Shown piece after piece: positions 22,844-35,618 of a stretch of 64,000 bases of DNA. The stretch is from Thalia democratica (taxonomy: Eukaryota), in the NCBI GenBank assembly GCA_965202585.1, contig OZ241829.1:72726001-72790000 (forward strand), written 5' to 3'. The notes beneath the pieces were generated by a model. That model was not told the origin of the DNA. It saw only the letters and a list, made by a program, of their open reading frames with translations, and did no database searches. The translations under genes were made by a program, and so were the position numbers. Position 1 is the stretch's first letter; every line of letters begins with the position of its first letter.

Positions 22844-24907
22844 ATGATAAAACTTCCTTTAAGTTTTGATATCAGTTTGAGCAAAGTTATTCTGGGTGTA
22901 GCTGGTATATCTGCTACAATTTGTACATCTCAGTATTTCATTTCAACGAACAGCAAGCTAAAAGGCTCTTTAAAGAACGATGTTGTACAAAATAAAACAG
23001 ACTCAAATAAAGACAATAAAGTTTCAAACGTATTTTCCGCCAAACAAACAGTTGAGTCAAAACTCAATAAAGAAAAAACTGCTAGTGATAATTTGAAAAA
23101 CAGCAAACCTAAAAATGGCTTGAGAGTTTGGATCGGAGCTAATGCAAGTACTTCTAATGACGATTGTCAAAATGTTAAGAAAAAGTTCAAAGTGGATATT
23201 TACAAAGAGCTTATAAGTAAAGGAGGACAACATCAATTGAATGATGGAAGAACAAAAGTTTTTAACAAAAAAGCTAGTTTTAAACCTAATGAAAGTACAT
23301 CTAATGACGATTTGTCAACTTTTGAGGAAAGTTCTCAAGTGGATGTTAGAAAAAAGCCTGTAAATGAAGGAAGTCAAAATCAATTAAAAGATGAAAGTAT
23401 AAAAGTTCTTAACCAGGAAATAATTTTAGGTAATAACGCAAGTACTTCTAATGACGACTTGCAAACTGTTGAGGAAAAATCTAAAGTGTATACTAAAAAG
23501 GAGCGTGTAAATGAAGGAAGTCAAGATCAATTTAAAGATGAAAGTATAAAAGTTCTTAATCAGGAAACTAGTTTTGAAGCTAATGCACATACTTCTAATG
23601 AAGACATGCAAACTGTTAAAGAAAAATCTGATGTGAATATTAAAAACGAGACTGTAAATGAAGGAAGTCCAGACCATTTGAAAGATGAAAGTATAGAAGC
23701 TCTTAAGCAGGAAGTTATTTTAGGAGCTAATGCAAGTACTTCTAAAGACGACTTGCAAACTGTTGAGGAAGAGTCTAAAGTGGATATCATAAAGAAACCT
23801 CCTTATAGAGGAATTTTAGACCAATTGAATGAAAAAAATATAAAAGCTCTTGATGATGAAAATAGTTTAAAAGGTAATGCAAATACTTCTAACGATGATT
23901 TGCAAAATGTTGAAGAAAATTCTAATGTGGATATTAAAAACGAGACTGTAAACGAAGGATGTCAAGATCAATTAAAAGACGAAGGTACAAAAGCTGTTGG
24001 TAAAAAATCTAATTTTAAATGTAATGCAAGCTCATCTACTGATTATTTGCAAACTGTTGAGGATAAAACTAAAGTAGGTAATAAAAAGGAGTTTGTAAAT
24101 GAAGAAATTCCAGAGCAAAGTATACAAGTTCTTGGTAATGAAGCTAGTTTAATAGGTAATGTAAGTACTTCTAATGATGATTTGCAAACTGTTAAGGAAA
24201 ACTCTAAGAAGAACAAAAGTAAAACTTCCGATAACAAAATTGGTAAATTTCGTAACGATTTACTTCAGCAGCAACGTTTTTTTGAGGAGACTCTTAAACT
24301 AATAAAAATTGAAGAAAATGAACTCGACCAAAACCTCACTCAGCTGAAAAAGGGAACATCAGCAGTTTCTTTGTATAATAAAGTTTGCAATCGTCAAATT
24401 GAAATCCGTGAAAATAAGACCGACCAAAACTACAATGAAAATATGAAAGCTTATTTTAAAGATGTTTGTGATTTAAAGGAGAAAGTATGGAAAGAAGCGG
24501 GAAATAAACTTATATATGCCACTACTAAGTTATCAAACAAAAAACAAAAAAATCTCAAGGAAAAGTTAGATTGTATTCAAAATGTGTTAGAAAAATGTTG
24601 GGGCTTGGTTGAAATTAATTTGAATACAATTAAATTTTTGCTTGAATATTTGGAAGTTGATGAATCTAAAACAAAACTTTCCTTTGAAATTTCTGATGAT
24701 TTGTACAATGAAAATAAGGAACATCAGAAGAAAATGCACATAATGTTTGATGGTTATGAAAATAAGTTTAGCGGTGATGATTTATGTTCAACTTTAGAAA
24801 CTATAGAGAATAACTTTACTTATTTGTTTGGTAAGTTTTACTTTATTTGTAAAGATAGCTATAAAATTTTAGTTGAAGATGAGTATAAAAAATATGATGA
24901 AAATTAG
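22844..24907 (+). CDS. Array copy C2, intact, 687 aa, with an expanded 49-aa repeat tract
   Basis: Uninterrupted ORF with the family leader and C-terminal domain. TTACAG at 22813-22818 upstream and AATAAA at 25029 downstream. Confidence 0.9.
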   Translation: MIKLPLSFDISLSKVILGVAGISATICTSQYFISTNSKLKGSLKNDVVQNKTDSNKDNKVSNVFSAKQTVESKLNKEKTASDNLKNSKPKNGLRVWIGANASTSNDDCQNVKKKFKVDIYKELISKGGQHQLNDGRTKVFNKKASFKPNESTSNDDLSTFEESSQVDVRKKPVNEGSQNQLKDESIKVLNQEIILGNNASTSNDDLQTVEEKSKVYTKKERVNEGSQDQFKDESIKVLNQETSFEANAHTSNEDMQTVKEKSDVNIKNETVNEGSPDHLKDESIEALKQEVILGANASTSKDDLQTVEEESKVDIIKKPPYRGILDQLNEKNIKALDDENSLKGNANTSNDDLQNVEENSNVDIKNETVNEGCQDQLKDEGTKAVGKKSNFKCNASSSTDYLQTVEDKTKVGNKKEFVNEEIPEQSIQVLGNEASLIGNVSTSNDDLQTVKENSKKNKSKTSDNKIGKFRNDLLQQQRFFEETLKLIKIEENELDQNLTQLKKGTSAVSLYNKVCNRQIEIRENKTDQNYNENMKAYFKDVCDLKEKVWKEAGNKLIYATTKLSNKKQKNLKEKLDCIQNVLEKCWGLVEINLNTIKFLLEYLEVDESKTKLSFEISDDLYNENKEHQKKMHIMFDGYENKFSGDDLCSTLETIENNFTYLFGKFYFICKDSYKILVEDEYKKYDEN
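23132..24205 (+). repeat. Coding tandem repeat, 147-bp/49-aa unit, about 7.5 copies
   Basis: Units of the form NEGSQDQLKDESIKVLNQExxLxxNASTSNDDLQTVEEKSKVDIKKExV read directly from the translation. Confidence 0.92.
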
Positions 24908-27772
24908 AATACAATGAATTCAAAACGTTTATGGTTTGTAACTTACTTTGTTTTTGCTGTTTTTTTTTGTTTGTTGCAGTTTTTTTTGTTACAAGAATTT
25001 TTTTTGTTGTTTTAGTAGTTAAATGCAAAATAAATATAGATATATATATAATTAGCTTATTTGTTTGAAATATAATTTTGAGAAGTTTAGTTTCAAAAAC
25101 TTTGTGAGTGTAGTTAAAAATATACTGGAGTATTAGCTTTAACACAAAATTCATTGCTTAAATTACAATTAAATTTAAAGTTTTTAAAATATAAAGATGT
25201 TTAAAAATAAGTTACTAGATGAACATTGATCTAAAAAACTACAAGTAATTATTACAATAAACCTTTTTTACATTAAATAGAAATATGAATCGTTACTAAC
25301 GTTTTTAAAATAAAAATTATGCTTGACCAGTCTTATTAAAAATCCTTTACGCCTCGTTTACATGTTTAACTACATGATTTAAAACTACTTGAGTAGGAAA
25401 TATTATCTAATTAATCGTATAATAAATACTTTGTGTACGGGAAACTCAAATGTTTATTTTCGCAGCTAAATTCATCAAGCTCAGTCCTTTTTTAATAATA
25501 AATTATTTTTAAATGTGTCTTTATACTTAAACTTTAGAACAACGTATCTTAATCTTAAGTTGACGAATTAAACGAATGGATTTTCTATAACTAGGTTTCT
25601 TTATTAAGCTAAAGGCAATGTTTAATGAAAAAATAATAAAACAGTAGTTATATTTTGCTTAACACTTTTTATTGTCTACATTTGACATACCGAAAAAAAA
25701 ATATCTTTCAAAATAGTTTTATAACTTTTAAAATAGTTAATATATTTATGTTTTTGTCAAAACTCTTCACTAAATATCACAAAAAAAAAGATTTTTTCAA
25801 ATTAATTATAAATAACTAAACTAAAACATAGTTTAGATATTACGAATATAATAAAAGAGAAGAATGATTTTTATAAATAAAAATGCATCTTTTTTTCAAG
25901 TTTGAAACTTAATAACAAGATTAGTAGCAAAATCGGTTAGTTTTGGATTAACTTAGTCGAATGTAGAAGTAAATGTTGTTTTTTAATAAAAAAGCAAAAT
26001 AAATTAACTTTCTTATAAGAATAAAAAATCACAAACATAACACTATCAAAATAATAACTTAATACGTTTAGTTTGTTTATGATAACGACAAAAAATATAT
26101 ATATAGCTATGAATTAAGACTAAAATATGTTAAATAAAATTATTTAAGCTTTTAAATTCAAACAAATTACATTTTGAGTAAAGTTTCCTAAATTTAAAAT
26201 AAATTATAGAATTATGTTTTTTTGAAATTCAATGAATTAATGAAAATGATTATCAACGTCTTAATATTAAAAACTAGGAATTTCACCTCCACAATTTTGT
26301 TAAACTGCAGTTTAACATAAAAAAAAACACTATCAAGTTTTATTAGTTTTGGACAACTATTGCCGTAATCGTAAACGGTTATGAAAATTAAAAATAGTTA
26401 CAAATTTATACTTAAGCAAATATTGATTAGTTTGTGTACTATGATTATCAATCCTTACAAGTTTTCTTATTAAAATCAACAAATATTTATCTTGCTCTTT
26501 TTTATTTTTAAGTTTAAGTTTGTTGTTCAGAACGTAATGGTATTTTGTACCTTTATTTTTTTTGTATTCTTGTATTATAAATTTTCTGTAAGTGATTCAA
26601 TTTGTTGGTTATAAGAGTTAAGAATTTATATATTATAAGTTTATGTGTTAAAATTACAAAATTTAAGATAATTGAGATATTTCTTATACTTCAATATATG
26701 GCCTCTCTAATAATTTTTATTTTTCATTTACTTAAAACATTATTAGTTTATAAGTTTCAATAAGTTTTTAACAACAAACTACAAGTAATTGTCATAATAA
26801 AACGAAATAGAAAAAAAAAATCAAAATGTAAACTTTCTTACGGTACGTTCAATCAAATGTTTTTTAATAATGTTTCAACTGTTTAGATATAGTTTCATAG
26901 TATAAATTACTTTATTGATTTTTTTATCTAATTAACCGATTAAATCAAAACATTTTAATATTTATACTAGTATTCAAACTCTTAAGTCTGACTTAAAACC
27001 TAAAAAAATAACAAAAAGAGTTAAACTTATATTTAATGTTTGCTAATCGTTTGCTAATGACAATATGTTTTTAGTTTCTCAGTTATTATTAAACCTTACA
27101 TTACTTTTTATTTACAATATTATTAATTATAAAATGTACCTAAAATATGAACTTTTTTTTCAAAACAGCAAAACAAATTACATTGTAAAAAAAAATCAAA
27201 GTTCCATTGTAGTTAAAAAAATTCAAAACATTTTGAAGTGTTTTAAACAATTTCATAGACAAACTTATCTGATTAATTTTAAATACATAAAGAACTGAAA
27301 AAATAGTAAATGCCTAAAAAACTGTTATAAGTTTTATTAAATCTAACTATGTGTTCATAGAACATATTTACTGATTTTAATTAACAATTTACTACTCTAC
27401 CGTATTAATTTTTTTTAGAAATATTTAACATTGCCTTGAAAACTTTGGTAGATGTTCAAAACTTTTCATTTATTAAAATAAATTGTATTAGATTTATTCA
27501 TTTTATATTTAATTATAAATAACTGTATAAAATATTCTTGTTATAAACGTTCTACAAATTCGTATCACTCAAGAAAAGAACTAATGCTTTAAAGTTAATT
27601 TCGTTATTAGATAACCTATAAACTTATAAAATTTTGTTCAATAAACGATATTTACTGATGTGTCACTAGTCTTTATAACAGTAATCACTAACATGTTTTT
27701 AAACTTTATTTACTCATAACCTTTTCATTAAAGTTTAAAATTACAAGAAAGTACTTTGTTAAAACAGGTAAA

Positions 27773-29323
27773 ATGATAAAACTTCGATTGAGTATTGATA
27801 TCAATTTGAGCAAAGTTATTCTTGGTGTAGCTGGTATATTTGCTACAATTTGTGCATTTCAGTATCTCATTTCGAAGAAAACAAAACTAAAATGCTCTTC
27901 AAACATTGGTTTTGTACAAAATGAAATGGAATTACAAATAGCCAACAAAGTGTCGATTTTTATTTCAACAAAACCTAACGTTAAGCCCAAAATCACTAAA
28001 AACACAACATCTAAAGAAGAGCTGGAAAACAAAAAAGTTGAAAAAAATTTACTTGCTTACAAAAGTAAAAGTGTCAGTCCAATTGAAGAAGTCGTCAAAA
28101 ATTCGTCAGTTAGCAAAAGTAAGCCCAAACTATACTGTGAAGAGTTAGTATCGAAAACCGATCCGAAACGTGAAAGGAAATTACCAAAAACTGAATCAAA
28201 CTGTGAAAATTCTATCATAAAAACTTCTCTTAACTGTGAAAAATCAATCTCAAAAACTGACTCTAACTATAAAAAATCAGATTTAAAAATCGACTCAAAA
28301 TGTGAAAAAACAATCTCAAAATCTGACTCAAACTATGAAAAACCAGCTTTAAAAATCGAATCAAAATGTGAAAAGTCAATCTCAAAAGTCGACTTAAACT
28401 GTGAAAAGCAAATATCAAAAACAAGCTCAATTTATGAAAATACCACCTTAAAACCTAATTTTAGTTGTAAAGATACCATCTCAGAAAATGAATCTGAAAT
28501 AGTGAATACTGATGAAGTAAGTCCAGGGCAACTGGCTGATAAGAATATAAAGCATTCTAGACAACAAGTTAGTTTAGAAGTTAGTAGTTTATATGGTAAT
28601 TCTCAAACTGATATAGAAAACATCAAACTTGAGACTAAAAAGCAAACTGAGTATAAACTTAAAGTATTACGTAAAGGTTTAAAACAGCGCGAGAGGCTAT
28701 TGAATCAGACTTTTGAACTCATAAATAAAGAAAAAAATGAACTTGAAAAAAATCTTGATTTGTTGGAAAAGGGTACTTCAGTTGCAAAACTGAATAATAA
28801 CATTTGCTATCGACTCGATAAAGTCCGTAAAAAGTTGAATAATCGAAAATGCAACGAGTACTTGAAACAGATTACTTTGAATTTTTGCGATTTAAAGCAA
28901 TTAGTATGGAAAATATCAGTAAACCGTTTAAAACATTTTTCTAGACTGTCGGATGACAAACATAAAACTACTAGGGAAATGTATGATTGTATTAAATCTA
29001 TGATGAACAATTTTGGAGATTTAGTTGGGATTGCTTTGAGATCAATTAAGTTTATGCTGGAATATATGAACATGGATGTTTCTAAAGCAAACAAGTATTT
29101 CAAAACATTTGAAGATCTAGAAGCTTGTGAGCTGAAGTGTTTAGAAACAATTGATAGTTATAAGAATTCAAACCAATACTATTTTGTTGAAAGCAGTATT
29201 AACAAAGTAGAAGATAGTTTGAAGAAATTGTTCAGTGAATTTAACGACATTATTGAAAGTTATAAAACGTTAGTTGGATGCGTATATCATAAGTATGCTT
29301 GCAATAAAGAAATGACTGAATAG
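27773..29323 (+). CDS. Array copy D2, intact, 516 aa, with eleven 11-aa repeats
   Basis: Uninterrupted ORF. AAAACAG|GTAAA before the ATG and AATAAA at 29439. Confidence 0.9.
   Translation: MIKLRLSIDINLSKVILGVAGIFATICAFQYLISKKTKLKCSSNIGFVQNEMELQIANKVSIFISTKPNVKPKITKNTTSKEELENKKVEKNLLAYKSKSVSPIEEVVKNSSVSKSKPKLYCEELVSKTDPKRERKLPKTESNCENSIIKTSLNCEKSISKTDSNYKKSDLKIDSKCEKTISKSDSNYEKPALKIESKCEKSISKVDLNCEKQISKTSSIYENTTLKPNFSCKDTISENESEIVNTDEVSPGQLADKNIKHSRQQVSLEVSSLYGNSQTDIENIKLETKKQTEYKLKVLRKGLKQRERLLNQTFELINKEKNELEKNLDLLEKGTSVAKLNNNICYRLDKVRKKLNNRKCNEYLKQITLNFCDLKQLVWKISVNRLKHFSRLSDDKHKTTREMYDCIKSMMNNFGDLVGIALRSIKFMLEYMNMDVSKANKYFKTFEDLEACELKCLETIDSYKNSNQYYFVESSINKVEDSLKKLFSEFNDIIESYKTLVGCVYHKYACNKEMTE
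28127..28489 (+). repeat. Coding tandem repeat, 33-bp/11-aa unit, 11 copies, mostly with Cys or Tyr at a fixed position
   Basis: 363 bp = 11 x 33. Units such as ESNCENSIIKT, SLNCEKSISKT, DSNYKKSDLKI, DSKCEKTISKS. Confidence 0.9.
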
Positions 29324-30672
29324 GAAATATTTATTAAATTTTTATTTTGAGTTAAGAAATTATATTTGTTCATTTCGTTTTCGTTGAGTTCAGTATTTGT
29401 GTTGTACGTTGAATATTTTTTTTAGTAATTATTTAAACAATAAATATTGATTTCTGTAACGCCCTGAGATTTTGATTGTTTAGTTTCATAATAATTTTAT
29501 ATAATTTCTAATATTTTTACAGTGTAACTCTAAGTCAAAAAAAAAAAAAAAACTAAATAAAATATGTATTCGCATATTTACTAAATAGAAGTCATAGAAA
29601 TAACATGTGAATAACTAACAGTAATTTTTTGATTTGCTATTTCAATTAGTTTTTGACAAGCCTGTTACGTTAAGATCTTAATAATAAAAAGATAAGCGAG
29701 TAATTCTTCAATAAACAAAATATTTTTTTTTTATACAATTTTAATCTGTATTATGCATTTATTTAAAAAGTACACCACTATTGATGTATAAAAGTATCAT
29801 TTTTTTTTTCATATTTAAAATATCTGATTTATTATTTTAAACTAATCGCATACTACAAAAAATTTTATGTAATAAAAAATATTTTAGTTAACAACATCAT
29901 TAATACTTTATTAACATCTGATTTCCACACGTGTTTAATATATATGTTATAATATAAATTATAATTTTTTTATTTTACAAATAATAGTCAAAAACTTTAA
30001 CTTATTTTTTAAAGAAGGGTAGTAGAAACGTTAAACACTAAGAGTAGCTCTGGAATCTTAGAGTTATTATCAAAACAGGAAAATTAAAATTGTAAATGAA
30101 AATTTATCCAAATTCGTACTTCTTTAATTTTAACTGTCATGCTTTATACTAAAATTTATCAACGCATACAATTTTTTATTCTATTTTTCAAAACCATAAT
30201 TTTTGCTAGTTTCGATTTGACCGAAGTTGCTACTCCGAATGTAATGTAATTTTGTACTTAACTTTTCTTAACTTTTTTTTTCAAGTTTTCTTTTTGTAAT
30301 TAAATTTATGGGTAATAATAATTAAATAGCTTGTTTATAACAAATAATACTTCTAAAATTAGTCTTGTAAATAAAAAAAACTAAATATTTTATCTGACTT
30401 TCAATACATGCAAAATACAAACAGTTAAAAAATATATGAAATTAAAAATTATATTGTTTATAAGTTTTGAGTTATTGTGTTTCAAAGCCAAAACTACTTA
30501 AAAGTAAAAAAATAAGATTTATCTTTGGTTATTTTGATAATACATTGTTTTCACAAACGTAATTAAAACTTTTTTTACATGAATAAAATGTTAAAGATAT
30601 TTTTCATTGCTTTAATTTTTTCAATATTTTGAATAAAAATAGCGTCAATTAAAATTTAGCTTATATTTTAAT

Positions 30673-32352
30673 TAGTGATGTACCGGACTCACAAACCGGG
30701 TCCGGGTCCGGCCAGATTCTAATTTGAAAATAAAGTCCGGATCCGGTTCCGGCCGGATTCTATTTTGAAAAAAAAGTCCGTATCCGGGTCCGGCCGGATC
30801 TAGTTAGTAAAAATTAGCATACTGAAAAGTATTTTTCAAAAACAAACCCTGTGTAAATTAATAAGAGTCATCTTCCTCACTTAAAATTAAACACCTACCG
30901 TGATTGGCTCATTTTGTACACGTGACAAATTTACACTTGTTTACATGCAAACTATGAAATAAACATTTCAGAAATGCAACTCTTTACAAATGTTGTAAAG
31001 TTGAAAACTTTGGAATGAATACTTGCATTTTTTGTTGTTTAAAGTTGAGCTCAGAGAATATTTAGAGTTAATACGGTTGATTGTACGAGCCAATGAGAAT
31101 CATATGACGAAATGTTTTAAACTAAATACTGATGCAACAAAACATCAGAACATGACAGGCAGTTTATATGTAAGCAGTTAGTTAGTTTGGTGTGCAGCTT
31201 GAAGCAACAAAATATCTTGAGCTTTTTGTGAATGCTTATTGTAAGTAGTGTTTTGTTTTAAAAGTGAATATTTCAACTGGTGTTTAATTGTTTAAACATT
31301 TAAGCCAGGTTTATAGTTTAATAGTTTATGAAAAGTTTTACAGTTTGTAGTTTATTAAAAGTTTTATTTAATTTTTAGTATATTGTTTTGAGTCTTTTGA
31401 TATAGATTTAAATAGCTTCCAGTTTTTAAAGTGTTACCAAATAATTAATAATTTTGTATATGCTAGTATTTCTTGTTGTGTTTTATATAAAAGATTCATC
31501 ACTCAAAACTGCCGTGTCTGATTAAAGAAAGTAGTCTCAGTTTGAATTTAGTGTTTGTTAGATATTAATTAAATAAGGTAGGATTTAATTATGATGGGTA
31601 GTACTAATATGTTAAGTGTACCACAATTAGATCACAAATTTACTACCAAATTGTCAACCTTTGCTAGCTGTTATCTGATTATTAGATTAAAGTAATTTTT
31701 TCAGTTTTTAAAAAAATCATTCTGACTCAGGCTTGTTTATACTCACTCTAGCTAGTTTTATTGACTTAAACAGTGGCAACCTTGCTAGTTTGAAAATTTT
31801 TGGGAAGTTTAGAACATTTTGAACTGCCTCAAGCTAGTTAAGTTTTTTATAAAAACTGAGGCTAGTTTTATTTTAGATTTTGAATGAGTTTGAGCTGATC
31901 CAGTTTTCAATATTTTGTAATTTTCTAGTGTATTTTGTTCAAGAACTTGATTTCAGATTTTTAATTGTAAATAACAACTAAATTTGTAAACCTTGTGGCT
32001 AGCTGTTCTACTTATTATTATATTAAAGTTCTTTTTTTTAGTTTTTAAAAAACTCATTCTGACTCAGGCTAGTTTATACTAATGATGTACGGGACTCACT
32101 ATCCAGGTCCGGGTCCGGCCGGATATTGCCATTTTTGTCTGATATCCGGATCCGGCCGGACTCTAATTTGAAAAAAAAGTCCGGATCCGGTTCGGCCGGA
32201 TTCTAATTTGAAAAGAAAGTCCGAATCCGGTTCCGGCCGGATTATAATTTGAAAAAAAATCCGGATCCGGTTCCGGCCGGATTCTGATTTGAAAAAAAAA
32301 GTCCGGATCTGGGTCCGGCCGGACCCGAAATTGTGTGTCCGGTACATCACTA
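30673..32352. mobile_element. Non-autonomous hAT-type transposon, 1680 bp
   Basis: Perfect 16-bp TIR TAGTGATGTACCGGAC and perfect 8-bp TSD ATTTTAAT (30665-30672, 32353-32360). CCGGATCCGGTTCCGGCCGGATTC subterminal repeats at both ends. A second copy of the left terminus sits internally at 32080. Confidence 0.95.
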
Positions 32353-32521
32353 ATTTTAATAAACATGATTGTTGAATTACTACATTAAGTTTTATAAAAC
32401 AACAATTGTTAACATTAAGCTTTTAGTATTAATACAAACCAAAATATTTTATCAGTTATTTTTCTTCGTAAACTATGAATGTAAGTTAAATTACAGCATA
32501 TTTACATAGGTAGATACTAAT

Positions 32522-35500
32522 AAGGGGTCAGCAAACTGCGGCCCGCGGGCCAATTGCGGCTCGCGAAGGGTAAATCTGCGGCCCGCGAGCACGTTATTTT
32601 TTTGAATGGAATGCGGCCCGCGAAAGAAAATTTTGTGGCCCGCGAGAATGTAAAAGTGGCCCGCTGAGCAAAAATATATTTCAAGTTAAATTTTTTTTTG
32701 GTAATTTGATTTAACTTGATCAGTTTGGTTTTAAGTCTCTGTATAAGATTTAAAAATAATTAAAAGAAGTTACTATTTTAATTTAAAAATGTGAAAAAGA
32801 CAGATTAGCATTCTAATAGGATATTTTTCTGAGTTTCATAATAACTTCTATTTTACAACAGCAAGTAATTATCTTAAAAAAGAGTGCTTGAATTCAATAA
32901 GTTAGTTATATTATACCTATTTATCAAATAAACTAAATGCAAATGTTTTCCATTTTGTACAAAAGTAATGCACAGTAATTAACTAAAGTGTCATTTTTTT
33001 ATAGCTTAGATATTCTTTCCAATACTTTTTATACCTAAGTTTCTTTTATATATTTTTTATTTGTAAATGTTATGTTTTAGTGTAAAAACTTTTAAAATAA
33101 CATAGTAATAAGAAAAAAAGGTTTATTTAAGTTTTGTTTTGACACGTTTTAATTTTTTAGAAGTTTTCTTTGCACTTAAACTAATTTATGTGCACACCAA
33201 CTTAAAAAATGCTTATATTTTAAACCACTTTTTATAAAATACGTTAGTTAGTTTAAGTTTAGTTTATGCATAATTTTCTAAGTTTGTTTTTTCTACATGT
33301 AATATCTAAATTTGTACAGAAACAGTTAAAACAATATATATGACATAAACTAATATAGTTTTTGTTAGGTATACATTTTCATTTTTCAAACATTAATTTT
33401 GTCAAACTAAGTTAACTTTTATGCTTTGCATATCAATACACACATTTGCTGTTTTTTTGAGCTACCTATTTAATAAAAACTAGACTTAGGGATAGTTTAT
33501 AAACATTGACACACACTCAGACTATCACTATTTGAAGACTTCAAATCTCAGGCTAACTAAGTCATTTTATAAGTCTTTGGCTAGAATTGTTTTATGTACA
33601 CAAAAATATTAGGAATGTTTTTGTTAATTCAGGCTGGCTTTTTTGCTTAAAAGAGTGGCAAATTAAACTTATGATGTAAGTTTTGCTCAACCCAAAGTGT
33701 TAATTTCAGTAATAATATATGTTATAATATATCAAGTTCAAGCTTTGAAATTTTGCTTAAAAATTTTGGAAAAAACTTGAATTTGAGAATTTTTGAAAAA
33801 GCCTGAGTTTCAAACAATTTTTACATGTAAAGTAGTGAAATTTCGATTTGACACAAAAAATTTAGCAAATAAACATTTCTTTATTAAAAGATATACTAAA
33901 GTAACTTAACAGTGTTTTTTAATATTGATATGGTTTATAAGACACTTTTTAAACTTTAATTAAACTTTATAATAAAAATAATAGAAGGAATTGTACTTCT
34001 AAAAACTTATTGTGCATTGCACCTTTACTTGTAAAATTTCACCGATTGTTGTGCTTCGTGTTTGAATTAAACCAAGAAATTATACTAAAGTGTCAAAGTT
34101 AAAAAAACATCTCTAATAAAAATTCTCAGATGAGCAATAGTTTTTCTATCAGTGCTCTCATCTTAACATATTGATTAAAGTCATAATTTGATTTATGCGA
34201 CTTTATAACCTTAATGCATTTCATAAATAGGACTTTTTGTTGTCATTGAAGAAATAAACAAAAGTTTTTCATTACTGCCAACAAAAATTCTTTAAAAAAG
34301 TTTTCAATTATAAACGGTATCTCATTATTAATAATAAATTTTGCTACTTTATAACTTGCCTTAACAAATTTTTTCTGATAATTCTTTAGTTACTGAAGAT
34401 AATCATGTGCTTTGTTGGAACTGACTTTGGTGATTTGTTTTTTTATCGTTTCTCACAATAACTCCTAACTAACGTTTTTTTTGTTGCTCGTCTTTTATTT
34501 TACAACTAATATTTTTAAATTCTTATTGCAGATAAAGAATTGCTTTAATGCTTAATAAAAAAGAGGTTTTTCTTTTCGCTAATGACTCAATTAAGTTTTA
34601 TACTTTTGTTAGAAATGTTTAAGAAAGTTAATTGTCCATTCCAGCTGACTTATATTTTTTGGCATGTAATTTGTTTACTGTTAATAAGTTTCGTTATTTC
34701 TTTATGTTGTGAAATTTATTTCAACTGGGTTGCTACACAAACAGGCTATTTCAAAAGCTTGAAAACTCAGATGTGTGTGAAACTTTTATTTCAAACACTT
34801 TAAATAAATCTTATAATTCCTAGAATATTTTTTATGACTGTAGTGTAGTTTACTAGTTGTAGTTTTTTTCTTGTTTTTTTACACTTTGTGTACTTTTTAA
34901 TGATGATGATATTTTTACTAGGTACTTAAGCTTGATTTAGAACGATTTACTAACTTTTTAATCTTTTAATGAACTTAGGCTGTTTTGATACAACTCAGAC
35001 ATTTTTGCTTTTTAAGTGACAACCATATAAAAGAATAGTTACTAATAAGATATTTTATTTAAGTATTCGAGAATTAATTATGTTAAAAAAATCGTTCTAG
35101 CTTTCTATAATACAAACAGGTATTAATTTTATTAAATTAACTAATTACTAAATTTTTTAATGAATGTAAACTATTTAACACGCTTAAACTTTTTTTTGAA
35201 GTTAATATTCTTAGAAACATGAAAAAAGGGGTTATTAATATAACAAATATGTAAAAGTAACTAATAAATTGTCTTTCAAGTTTGGTTTTTATAGAGAGTT
35301 AAACTGTATGTAAAATTACAAAAGTATTAAATTTAACTCAGTAAGTGCTTATGAAAGTACATAGTTTACCAACACTTAAGTATATTAGTCAATGTAAATT
35401 TTATTCTAATTTAATTTAATTTAATTTAAATAGTCATTCTATTTATAGCTAAAACTTATTTAAAATGATAAGGTGAATAAAAGTAAAACTTTTCTCTAGT

Positions 35501-35618
35501 GTGACTAAAAGTAAAACCAAAAGATTATTCAGATGTCACTAAAACTAAAACTGCGGCCCGCGAAGACTTTGTAAACTTAAAATTTGGCCCGCGACCATCA
35601 ACTTCCTGCCGACCCCTG
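32522..35618 (-). mobile_element. Decayed hAT transposon (~3.1 kb) with a Charlie/GTF2IRD2-like transposase remnant
   Basis: Termini AGGGGTCAGCA / TGCCGACCCCTG with GCGGCCCGCG subterminal repeats. TACTAAT on both flanks (imperfect TSD). Minus-strand remnant at ~34250-34380, EKFVKASYKVAKFIINNEIPFIIENFFKEFLL, resembles the AxKASYxVAxxIAKxxKPFxxGEFxKECL segment of Charlie-type transposases. Confidence 0.78.

Noticed and set aside
28127-28489. Perilipin, LEA or synuclein homology from the 11-mer periodicity
   Set aside because: The units are Ser/Lys/Cys-rich with no regular hydrophobic face. Only the period is shared.
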